Assembly: GCA_000708835.1 (NCBI GenBank)
Contig: DF236977.1
Coordinates: 284,623-348,622 of the forward strand
Direction of reading: 5' to 3'
DNA: 64,000 nt
Origin: Klebsormidium nitens
Lineage: Eukaryota; Plantae; Klebsormidiophyceae
This document shows positions 1 to 10,461 of the stretch, in pieces. The notes under the pieces were generated by a model that saw nothing but the letters and a program-made list of their open reading frames with translations, made no database searches and was not told where the DNA came from. The position numbers and the translations under genes are program-made. The first letter of the stretch is position 1, and the number at the start of each line of letters is the position of its first letter.

Positions 1-71
1 ACAGCAACAACTATGTCACAGAGCGGCGCATGACACTTCTAAAAGCTCTGGAGCAGGGAGTTTGCAACGCT

Positions 72-1832
72 CTAAAGAGGTAGCCAGCTCACATCCTGAT
101 GCGCAAACCCAAAATCCCTCGCTTTCCGCTTGGGCGGATCCTCCGAGGACACCCGCTCCCTCCCCCCAAACCGCCCTGGCTCCTGCCAGTGCTTATTGCC
201 CAGTCTCTCATGTTTCCACTCCATCGGCCCTGCTCCCATCACTGGCCCCTCGGCCCGTGTGCCTCCCCGCAGGCGGTCCCCTTTCTTGTCCCCCACCCGC
301 TCAGCGCCGCCCTGCTGCCCTGCAGCATCACTGTTCTCCCATCTATCCCCCTTTTCTTTTTCTACAGCCTCCTCCTGACTCTCTCCTCTGCTTCTCGGTG
401 CGCTCGGAGACTCCGCAGTGGCTCCTTCCTTCGGGGCATGCTCGTCCGCCTCCCCTCCCGACTCCTTTCTTCTTCCCTCGAAAACCTCATCTATATCTTC
501 CTGAGCCTGCCTTGGCCCCTCAGTGGGGTCTGGCGCACCGCCACTCCCAGGAATGCTCTGGCCATCCTCATGGCCCCCTCCCTCCACTGCCTCCTCCCCA
601 CCCCCTTCTGGATCCGCTTCCTGCTCACTACTTGGACTGACCCCTTCCCTGTTCTCCCTGCCCCGCTCGCCGGCCCCCTCCTTGCCAGAGGGCGCCTCTG
701 CTGAGGCTGTCACTTCAAGTGGCTTTCCCAACGCACGTTCCTCCTTCTCATCAGAACGACCCTGGCGTGTGTAATCGCTGTCAGCAGCGTTTTCGGCCCT
801 CCCCCCCCCAGCAGCGTCTTCCGCCTCCCCCCTAGGAGCAATCCTCATCTTGTCTACGTTGTCCTCCGCCTCAGGCAGTTTCTCTAGGTCAATCCCGAAG
901 AATGGCCTAAGCCTCCTGGTTTGCAAGCCCCCAGACGGAGCCACCTCTACTCTCTCCTCCACTAATCTGGCAATTCCTGCTTGCGGAACCAATACCACAC
1001 TTGGCAGTTCCGGCTCCCCCTGCTGTGCCCCTTGGGGGCACCTGAGCCGCTCATTCGACCATTCTGGGTGGGCTCTACTCTTCCTACCAGCGCCTGGCGC
1101 ACCCGGGCGACGGGCACCACCCTGTGGCGGAAGTGCCCTGAGGAGGTGCGCTGCGGCACCGCCAGGCTCTGCTGCCGCAAGTAGCACAAGAAGAGCGGGG
1201 TCCGGCCAAGACCCAGGGGGCGTGCTCTGTAGCAGCTGGCAGGCAATCTGCCACCCTGGGTGATTGACCACCGCGTCAGGGACCTGGGAAGGGGCCCTTG
1301 CAGGGGGGAAGAGTGCGGCGGTCTGAGGTGGGGGCTGGTCCTGGGGGGCTGGAGCTAGGGGGCCCTGACTGGCAGCCTGGTGCAGTGTAAAGCCAAGCGA
1401 TTCAGGGTGTGGTGGTGGTGCGCTTGGTCTTGCCTGGCCTGCACTTCTGGGAGCCCCCAAGTGCAGGCCCTGCACCTGGTTCGCCAGGTGCTGCTCTGTG
1501 TAAGCGGCGTGTGCCCTGACAACACCTTCTGGCGTCTGGAGGCTTTCCACATGCCCTTGTCTTGAAGGCTGCCCCTCCGCTGCTTGCTCAGTGGAGGGGC
1601 CCCTAGGGCCGCTCTCCTCCGTGTTGGACCCAGTAGGTGAACTGGGGGCCTGGTCTTTGCCCAGCTCGGAGTCTGGGCTCTTGCGCCTTCCTGCGGCCTT
1701 CTCCGCTTCGCTTTCCAGAGATTCCTTAACGTCATCTTCCTGCAAATCCTGGGAGCCACGGTCGCATTGCGGCACGCCATGGTCTCCATGAACCGCCGCC
1801 GCGGTTTGCCCAGAGCCAGCTTGCGGCTTCAT
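72..1832 (-). CDS. Large exon (~580 aa) of an unidentified, mostly disordered protein; the gene probably continues past the left edge
   Basis: 586-codon stop-free frame rich in E/G/A/S/P/Q. It has one ordered-looking patch (HPGWQIACQLLQS...ALLVLLAAAE), an FFGIDLEKLP motif and a basic KRKAR near the end. A good donor (CAG GAT|GTGAGC) lies just before the stop at 72-74, so the exon likely splices onward. No family recognised. Confidence 0.6.
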   Translation of the reverse strand: MKPQAGSGQTAAAVHGDHGVPQCDRGSQDLQEDDVKESLESEAEKAAGRRKSPDSELGKDQAPSSPTGSNTEESGPRGPSTEQAAEGQPSRQGHVESLQTPEGVVRAHAAYTEQHLANQVQGLHLGAPRSAGQARPSAPPPHPESLGFTLHQAASQGPLAPAPQDQPPPQTAALFPPARAPSQVPDAVVNHPGWQIACQLLQSTPPGSWPDPALLVLLAAAEPGGAAAHLLRALPPQGGARRPGAPGAGRKSRAHPEWSNERLRCPQGAQQGEPELPSVVLVPQAGIARLVEERVEVAPSGGLQTRRLRPFFGIDLEKLPEAEDNVDKMRIAPRGEAEDAAGGGRAENAADSDYTRQGRSDEKEERALGKPLEVTASAEAPSGKEGAGERGRENREGVSPSSEQEADPEGGGEEAVEGGGHEDGQSIPGSGGAPDPTEGPRQAQEDIDEVFEGRRKESGGEADEHAPKEGATAESPSAPRSRGESQEEAVEKEKGDRWENSDAAGQQGGAERVGDKKGDRLRGGTRAEGPVMGAGPMEWKHERLGNKHWQEPGRFGGRERVSSEDPPKRKARDFGFAHQDVSWLPL

Positions 1833-3436
1833 GCAGGCTGCTTACTTGACGTCCGAGTTGCAGCATGTTTCTATGTCAAGGGTAAGCAAAGTAGTGACGT
1901 TGAACGAGCTTTCGTCGAGCCGAGAAAAGCCTGGCCCCTCCGCTTCTTCCTCCTGCCTGCGCAGGGCTACAAAAGCCTGAACCAGTTGTGTGGGAGAGAA
2001 CTTCTTTGACAATTCTGTTGAGTGGAAGTCTTGTTCTCGAGCATCCAAACGTGGCGCAAAGGTGCGAAGCGACGACAGTCCTGACAGGCTCACTGCCAAG
2101 CTAGGGGCAAGCCGCAAGCTGCAAGACAGAATCAGAAGATCGGATACTCCACCCCCACATGTGAGCCGGAGCTGGCCGCCTTGCTACCGTCATGAGTGCA
2201 TGCACTCATTCTGTCTGTTTTCAGTCGCGTGCTCCGTTTGCGAACGGTCCTGAATATCGTCAGTGGGCGGTGCTGAGCTGGCTGAGTTGCATGGCAACTT
2301 CCGCTCTCTTTTGCGACATTGGACGGTGGACGTCTTTGCCATGTGGCGTATTGCATGTGGCCGCGTCATATGTCAACTCGAGAACTGCTTCTTGAAAGCT
2401 CTAAAGACTTCACGTGATAACTTCAAGACCGTTCGCTCATGATTGGAGATCATTAATATCGTTCGAACAGCACTGGAAATGACGCCACGCATGATTGAGC
2501 GGGCTTGCCCGAGCTCCACGTAGCAAGTTATAGGTTTGTACTCGATCGACTTTCAAGACCGCGAATCGATTTTGATCGATCTGAGCGCCGATCGGCATTC
2601 GACTTGGGCAGGCCCGAGCTGACAGCTAGACTCGCAGCCTGAGGGCCTAGCTGAGCAGCATGAGCCGCCCCTAAGACACCTATGGCTTCAGCAGGGCTCG
2701 TCAATGGCGGCCGTCGGGTAGGGGTCAACGGGTATCTTGTGACTCTGGTCCGATGCACCAACTACCTACCAGCTGCTCGTGGTAGTAGGCGTGTGTAGAA
2801 GCGACATGAGCATCAAACCGATTAAGTATGAAAAGCATAAGAACGTAGCATGTGACATGCGAAGGTTGAAGAGAATTACCATCATTGAGTAGCATTATAG
2901 ATCGCTTTGAATCAATTCAAGTGTCAACAAGAGAGCAAGAGGGGCGGCACATAATCTGAGAGCTCAACCAGAGGAAACGAGTTGTAGATTGTTAGCCTTA
3001 AATTAGCTCGCAATGCCAAGAAGAGCTCCACCAGTGACGAGGGGGCCCGAGCAGGGTGTTACTTCGAATCAGAAATTTGCTCACTAGTTTACAATATATC
3101 ACCCCTTTTGCCGGTGCATCAGATCTTGAAGGTGGGCTCAGATGTATTACTTGATTGACAAATCAGAGATGCATACGTGAACCCAGTTCTGTTAATTGGA
3201 ACTATAGTATGCGTTCTTTTGCAGTGTAAAAGAACGCAAGGTTTTCGTTCGTGCGTTGATGCACATCCCATATGCATTAAGCCGGTATTAACACAAGAAG
3301 TGCGGGTACAAAAAATGGACAACAACGCCATGTACGGAGCGAAGTGGTGCAGCATCCAACGCGTTCTTTGGGATCGAACCGCAAAAGAAAAGTTGCAATA
3401 AGCAAAAGTTTGACGCAAAACATCTGGATTTCGGCG

Positions 3437-6355
3437 TCACGCCGAAACACGAAGTTTATGCAGAAGTTGTTGCAGATGCTCGTCCTCCGGGTTGACAAGG
3501 AGCAAAGCAGCATAATCCGCAGCTGCTGCTTCCGGCTTTCCAATGAGCACCAAGCTGTCTGCTCTTTGGCGGCAAGCTTTTGTGCACGAAGAATCAAGCT
3601 CGAGCGCCATGGTGCACGCCTGGACAGCTGGTTCATGCCTGCAAGCCGGATAGGAAAGTTAGGGGGAGGGAGTTCACGGACGAGTTTTTAACCGATACGC
3701 GCAGGACCTCAGGTTCCAACATGAAACCCATGAATGCACAAGGTTGCAAAATGTGTTGGTTGCTGCTTCTTCGGGTACATTCGCTAGATAAGATTGAAAA
3801 GATTGTATCCAATAGAGGCAGTCAATTTCTAAGATCCTAAGTGGCCTCGAAGAGCAAAAGAGTCTCTTGTAACATTGCATGCGAGACTGCGGCTGCACAG
3901 TCCTTTTAATATCGATGCACAATCCTTTTAACATCGACAGGCTGTGGTAGCGGCCCACCTTCCGAGTGCTGCAAGCGCCATGCCCTTGTTGCAGTGCAGA
4001 GTCGCACACTCGTTAAGCACTCTGAGCCCGCTCTCATACGCTCGCAACGCCCCAGCAAAGTTGCGCTTCCGGTACAGCTCGTTTCCCCGCGCGCGGTGGC
4101 GGGCCCCCAGCTTCAGCCGCGCTAGCTCCTCGACAATGCCATCCACCTCTGGCAGCTCGGTACGCCCCGCATCCCCAGCGGCTTGGCCTGTTCCCACACA
4201 CTCTGCGGCCTGCTCGAGGCTCACCTCTGCCGCGTCGAGCTCACCCAAGACCACCTGGGCGCGGGCCTGCAGCAAGCAGACAAAGAGAGGACCAGCTCAC
4301 AATCCGTCGGGCAACTTCTCCAAAGGTTGTCGTATAGAAACCAAGTAGAGTGCAAGGTCTGGCAGATAAGTAGGACCAGAATTCGACGACTGCAACTGCC
4401 CGAACTTTGAGAAAATGACAACCGAGTTCAACGTGCTCAATATCCTGTCAATGGAAGTCTGATCGTTTTCGTCTTGTTGTTCTCAGGATTTGGCTACTGG
4501 AGTGTGTTTCACACTCGTCCATGGAAGCATCCCTAGTAGCTGCCAGGCCTGTAGTGACATACAAAGGCTTTTAGGTCAACAAAAAGCTCCTCCATATGCA
4601 AAGTGGCAGCTCCAGGAAGAAATTCGGAAAACCGACAGTTTGCTAACTCTTCTCACTCTTCGAAGCAACGCGTCAGCCTGGCAAGAGCCCGACCGACTCA
4701 GTAGCTCGACTGGTGGCCCCGCGCCTCCGGGCCCCCGTTCCACTTGCTGTACCGACTCCCGCTCACCGCTAGAGGCCCTCCCTGGCTGTGGTAGTCTGCC
4801 GTTTGTTGATGACTCTGCCTGCTCGGCCCGAGTTGTGCTCGTTGATCGGACGTCCTCCTGATCAGACTGAACTTGAGCGCTCCCAAGTCCCTCCCGCTGC
4901 TGAGCCTCTACAGGCTCTGCCGTACTGTCACCTCTTTGATCTACCTCTGGCTCTTCCCCTCTCCCTTCCGTTGATCCCGGGCCTGTTGCTACAGTCACAC
5001 CCTTGTGCTGACCGGCCTTCTGCCTCTTCTGCGCCTCTGCAGCCAACGTCAACAGATCCGGGAAAAGGTTGCGCAGCACGGGCCGTTCCTGGATGTACTG
5101 CAGAGACGAGGCAGCGATCTGGTGCTTTTCGACCTCCTGCACAATAAAACACGCATAACCAAGCTGGTCAGGTAATCAAGGGTGAGGCTTCAGAGCATTT
5201 GTGAACATGTGGGGAATCCCATCGACCAGACTAAGGACTGTGGTGCGAGAAAGCACCATAACATCGCAACATCGTGTTTGCCCTGCTGTGCTCACAGTGA
5301 TATTACACTTTTGCTTCTTGTTGCTTGGAGGGCGAGTCTTACTGAGGTCTCAATGGAGCCCGTCGTCGCAGTGTCCTCCAACATAAAAGACAGCAGCCCG
5401 GTGCAAACTGTGCTCACGGACCACATTGGGTTCCACAGCTCTGCACAAAGACATGGGGGTTTGGCACCTTGCGCATGGACGAAGCGTAGGATGTGTTGGG
5501 GACGATGTGGGGCAAAGCAAAGAGAGCAAGTACCAGTGGATTTTGACTTTCAAAAGCAGCTCTTCTTGGAAGAGTAGGTTTGAAAGTGAGTAGGCATAAG
5601 GCCCCCGAATTTCGATAGCAAGACTTTTCAGTCCAAGTGCCTTAATAGCATGACGGCAGTGGGGCTGCAAATCACCTGGGTGGAAGTCAGACATGGAGAG
5701 GCAGAGACGTGTGCTGGTCTTGAACCTGCCCGTGGGGGTCACCACCGAGATGGCAGGTGGGGCAAACGGGTAGTCAGGCTCAAAGCGTAACTTTCCAATG
5801 TACCTGTGCAGACAAGCATGGAAAAGTTCCGACACTGTTTTTGGATGCTGAAGCCACCTTAGACTGCAATCAGGATTTGAAGGGGGCGCAGCTCCTGATG
5901 TTGATTCTGGACTCTGATTTGCTTGAGCAGCCCCCAATGGCCTCTGAGAGAGGAGATGAGATTGAGGTATGTGCTTCTTACCAGCCTCCGTCGTATGGGG
6001 TTTGCGGTGGCCCTTCGACAAGGAAGTGCCATGTCAGCATGTCGCTCTCATTTACCGCAATCTGAAGAATCAAGAGAGCACAAAAGAAGTAAGAACACAG
6101 GCCCTGATCACAAACACACAACAAAGCAGAAGCTGATGGCTTGCCACAATCAAACTTCATTTCATTGTTGCTCTGATCTTGCTGAGATCAGCTCGACCTA
6201 CCAAACTCCATCAGAAAGTGCAGTACAGATTCGATGAGTCAAATCAGCAATCAAAAAGAGGACTGCACCCGCACCGCTGGAATGTATGGCGGCGGCTCCT
6301 TCATAAATGCAGTCATCTCCTTCTTCAGGCGCACTAAACAGCCCTTTCTGGCCAT
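3437..6355 (-). CDS. Ubc6/UBE2J-type ubiquitin-conjugating enzyme (E2) fused to C-terminal TPR repeats, ~458 aa, 7 exons
   Basis: Exons 6355-6275, 6061-5982, 5803-5676, 5440-5343, 5136-4657, 4266-3959, 3638-3437; all GT-AG and phase-compatible (1377 nt). E2 part: MARKGCLVRLKKE..PPPY..WHFLVEGPPQTPYDGGWYIGKLRFEPDYPFAPPAI..TPTGRFKTSTRLCLSMSDFHPELWNPMWSVSTVCTGLLSFM, which is the Ubc6 signature with the catalytic Cys intact. TPR part: ADALLRR|ARAQVVLGELDAA, RARGNELYRKRNFAGALRAY, LHCNKGMALAALGRHEPAVQAC, TKACRQRADSLVLIG. Confidence 0.85.
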
Positions 6356-7668
6356 TTTGAACTGTTGTTTTAGAACGCTAGCTTCGAGTCAGATCAGTGA
6401 TGCCAATCTGGGGGTCTGGCTCCGCTTTCTGCCCCTTCAATCGAGCCTTTACTGTCAGTTTGCTGGAAGTGGAACTTGGAAGATTGAAAGACGTTCTTTG
6501 TCTGAACATCTTCTCGGTAACCCGAACGACTTTATGTAACCCAAAGTCGCCCGGAGGCTGACTGAGAACTAGGGACAACAAACCGGTTGAAAAATTCGTC
6601 GAACAGGGTTCCAGCCATTTGGGCTGCACCAGCATTCGGTACTAAATGCTTGGCGCGGTCACCCCGAAGCTGTCTTTTGTCATCACCCGCAGTGAGGCTA
6701 GCAGTAAAGGCGCCGGCATCGGCCGGTGTCGCGCGAATTTAATTCAAGATCGAATGTCGCGCGCGGCCGCGTCGGCGGCGAACAACTAGCCGTGCGAGGA
6801 AAAAACAGAAGGCAGCTGGGGGCCTGACGAACGACCGTAACGCTAGTGCAGGCCCAAGAAGAGCTGGATGGAGGGCTACGACGCGAGTCCGATAGAGCAG
6901 GGAGTATGGGAAGCCGAAGGCGACTGGGCTGAGGCGAGCAGGTAAGTTGAAAGAATTTTGAAGTATACAAGGGTGGGCCAGGGTGGGAAGCGCAAAATTC
7001 TTCCTAAGCGGGCGCCATGGCGCCCTTCGAAAGCTCTTCCGAAAATGCACAGGACCACTGCGGGGTCTCATGCATTTTTGTGCCGAAAGTTCGGTAGTTC
7101 GCAACCGTCCGATTCGAGGTATCGTAATCGGACCAATCAAAAAGTTGTCCACTATCTCGGTGACTGAGGCCTGCGAAGACCTGCTCAAGAGTCTGCTGTT
7201 CTCAGAGGACCTCGACCTACGGCTAACCCAAATCCTTCCAGCACTTGTTCCTGTTCCCCTCTCACAAGCCAGGTTGAAAATGCCCATCGACGGCATTGCA
7301 TCGCCATTGGCCCACTGGCATTGAGGGCATCAATTGGCATTCGACCATTGTGAGTGCTCCAATTTCAAAGGAAGCAACCATGCTTCGTTATTGCATCGAC
7401 TCTTTGTGAGATGTCGGTCTCCGCAACGGCAGTGCGCCCATTCTTGTCCAGCACCCCCGATTGTCAAGTCAGCGCCTGCCGTCGCTGGGGATCCTTCATC
7501 GGCACCGTAATCTGTAAAACCCGCTGGAATCCACCACTTCCTTTACTGACTAGCTACATTCAATCGGGGCTGAACTTTCGGAGTGCTGCACCGCGAGCTG
7601 GTCCATTGACACAGCATCATCCGTGGGCCTGCAAAGTCCCATGCCAGCAGAGCAGGTTTATATGCAGC

Positions 7669-9701
7669 ATGGCCCTTGGAGAAAAGTCTGATGGAAGTGG
7701 TGGTGCAGACGTCAGCACGAGCGCCCCCCATGGGGACACATTCTTTCTGGACGACTTTGCCCAGAGGCAATGGGATGATCCAGATTACAGTGGCACACGC
7801 ATGAGGTAAGGCCCAGACACCGACTAGGTCAAATTTTGGTGGTGGTACACAGTGCGCGCAAGCCCGCGCAAGCGAGCAGAACATGCAATGGTATGGCTGA
7901 AAATCAATCTGCAGCAAAGACATAGCTAAAAGTCCTTGACTTCCTTCTGTCAACTTTATTGCTGATGTCTACTGGAAACAATGCCTTGAGTGCGTTAGTT
8001 CAATGCTCCATGTGCTACGTCCATCCTTTCTCTTGCGATTCTGACGCCCTCATTGCATACTTATCTGAGCAGATGCTGTGAAGATCTAAACGCCATTGGC
8101 TGGCTCATTGCAGTTCCAACAAAGCGGACTTTGTGCGCACGGTTGAAGAAGTATACGAGGACGGGGCCAAGCTGGTTGATGGCTATGCAGGTGAGCCCAG
8201 CAGGCACAGCAGGGGAGAGTCTGCACAACCAGCACTCATGTGGTCAGGAAATGCCATTTGGCCCTCCGAGAGAACTCTGGGTTAAGCGCACTGACAGTCT
8301 CTTTGATCGGCAGAACTGCTGATTTTGCGCCCTCAGGCTTCTCAAACACATACCTCTCGTTCCAGATTTCTGCAAGCACCTCTTCATTCCAAATTTTGTT
8401 GGGGCACATGCCGGGCACCTCCACATTGACAGGACCAACGAAGGCCTGCTTAGGTCGGGCTACAAAGCCCGGTCAGCCTCTGAGTTGCCTGTGAGTCTAC
8501 CCAGATTCGCAGCACCATGCGAAATTTTTATGTCATCTTCTTCCTCACTTTCATTCCTCGGTAGGTCTCTGTGCCCATTTGAAAGATTTTTACTCACCAT
8601 CCGATTCCGGAAATGCACAGTTGCAGTGACAGGGTGATCAGCCCCTCGTTCCTTTGACCTACTGTTCTGCCTTGTGTCCATGACCAGGTCCTCTCCAGAT
8701 GGTTCCCATCTGACCAGGTGAAAGGGCATGAGACAAAGGTGAGCCCAGACCCCTTCATGTACTATCGGACCACATATCCCAGAGGTCCAAGCAACCTGCT
8801 TCTGGGGCGCTTTGTTTAGAACAGTATCTGCAACAGATTCTCGAACGGTTTCCTGTTTCCAGCAACCACAGCTTTGCCCTACTGCACTTGACTTTTTTTT
8901 TCCCTTTGTTCCTTCAGATGCTCGACATTATTCTCTACTCGCGCAGCCAGCTGCTGCTCGAGCAGAAGGCCACCGCCGCTAGGAAGGGCCTCAAAGAGAA
9001 GGACCTGCCCCCGCTGCCAGATGCTCCCTGGGGAATCATCTCCATCAAGGTCAGCCACCCATGCGACTGAATGAAAGCGGGGACAGTACGAAAACTGTAG
9101 CCATACGCTAAATTGCGTGACTTGCATCCGTGTACCTTCACAGTCATCTCCTCCTTCTAAGTGAAGGCTCCGCAGTGGGTCCCACTATTATCAATCAGCA
9201 GGTTTCCGTTTCGATCTTAGACATGCTTGGCTTTTGCTCTTAGGCTTCGATTGGCTGAAGGGCAACTTACGAGGCAACTTACGAGCAATTACAATACTTG
9301 TTCCGCACACTCTCAGTTTGTCAACCCTAGTAGGATTTAATTGGCTCCGATAGGGGCCTGGGAAGCACACTTATAAGGTCGGTATCGATCATCAATGTGG
9401 CGCCTTGGTTGACTCAGTCTAAGGAGATCTCTCAATGCACATGACTTGCAGTAAGACGCTTACTCCATACACTGCATAACTTTGGGCACTGAACCTAATA
9501 TGTGAGAAAGGTTGTGTTGATCGAACATGTCCGGCTCTCTACACGCAGGCTCAGGACGAAGACTTCGAGCTGCCCATGTCGCCCATCACAATCATGCGCA
9601 ACGCGCTGGGGGCTGAAGAGGGGGGCAGCGGCGTACCGTTGGATCGTGAGGCTTACCTTGCATCGGTCAAGTACTGGGATCAGCATGCGATGATTCAATA
9701 A
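7669..9701 (+). CDS. DUF3228-like conserved protein of unknown function, ~224 aa, 6 exons
   Basis: Exons 7669-7805, 8114-8190, 8366-8490, 8688-8738, 8918-9049, 9549-9701; GT-AG and in phase. Motifs FFLDDFAQRQWDDPDYSGT, LVDGYADFCKHLFIPNF, LLRSGYKARSASELPVLSRWF, LDIILYSR, WGIISIKAQ, PMSPITIMRNALGAEEGGSGVPLDREAY match my recollection of DUF3228. The start codon is tentative. Confidence 0.78.
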
Positions 9702-10461
9702 TGGTATGCAAAGACGACAGATCCGACATGATCTACATCTGACATTTTAGACTGGATTTGACGCTTCAAGACTTAACTGCACCGGGTGGATGTGTGAATC
9801 ACGGAAAGCATCCACATCAAGCCTAGAGTAATTTGCATGTGTTCCAATTACGAGCAGACGGATTGATGGACCATTGTCATTCCGGGGGCCATTGTGGGTT
9901 GAGAATCAAGTGCATAGTTTGCAATTTGCAACGCTCTGGCCCAGTCATCAATCATGATTGACCTAGCTCGTGACATGGGTCGGATTATCTGAGGCCGAGT
10001 GTTATATCAAAGAAATAAGCATATGTACGATAAGAGTCAGTGCATGTATGTACACCGTGTACGTACCCTACAACATGCCGCCGCGTGGGTGTGCACGTAA
10101 TCTAAGCCTGCTTGCAAACGATCAGGCTGTAAAACGGACTGCACATGCATGACACCTCGAGATTTTGGATGGCGCCTGCCCATACAATGGTATACTGCCG
10201 CAAATGTAACAATTAGGCGCGACTGCATCAGGGTGCCATGGCAGGTATAGCATGATGCTTTAATTTGGCGCAGTGCGAGGGTCTGCATGTATCTAGGTCC
10301 AGGCCACCAGCAGGTGCAGCCCATCATCATACGACAAAAGCGTGCCATTTATGAAAGCGCCACATGCTTGTATGTAGAACTTGCCCTGATGAAAACCACC
10401 CTGCATGCTCAGCCAAACAGCAGAACTGCATAGATCGCTTTGCAGCACGTTTTTGGTCGTG

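Noticed and set aside
1842-2117. 91-codon frame in phase with the 586-aa ORF, separated by one TAA (possible readthrough or uORF)
   Set aside because: It starts at TTG, not ATG, has no recognisable motif, and the TAA overlaps a GTAAGC donor-like site. 5' UTR or splicing explains it equally well.
6739-7324. ORFs between the E2-TPR and DUF3228 genes
   Set aside because: No recognisable domain; the position fits a divergent promoter or 5' UTR.
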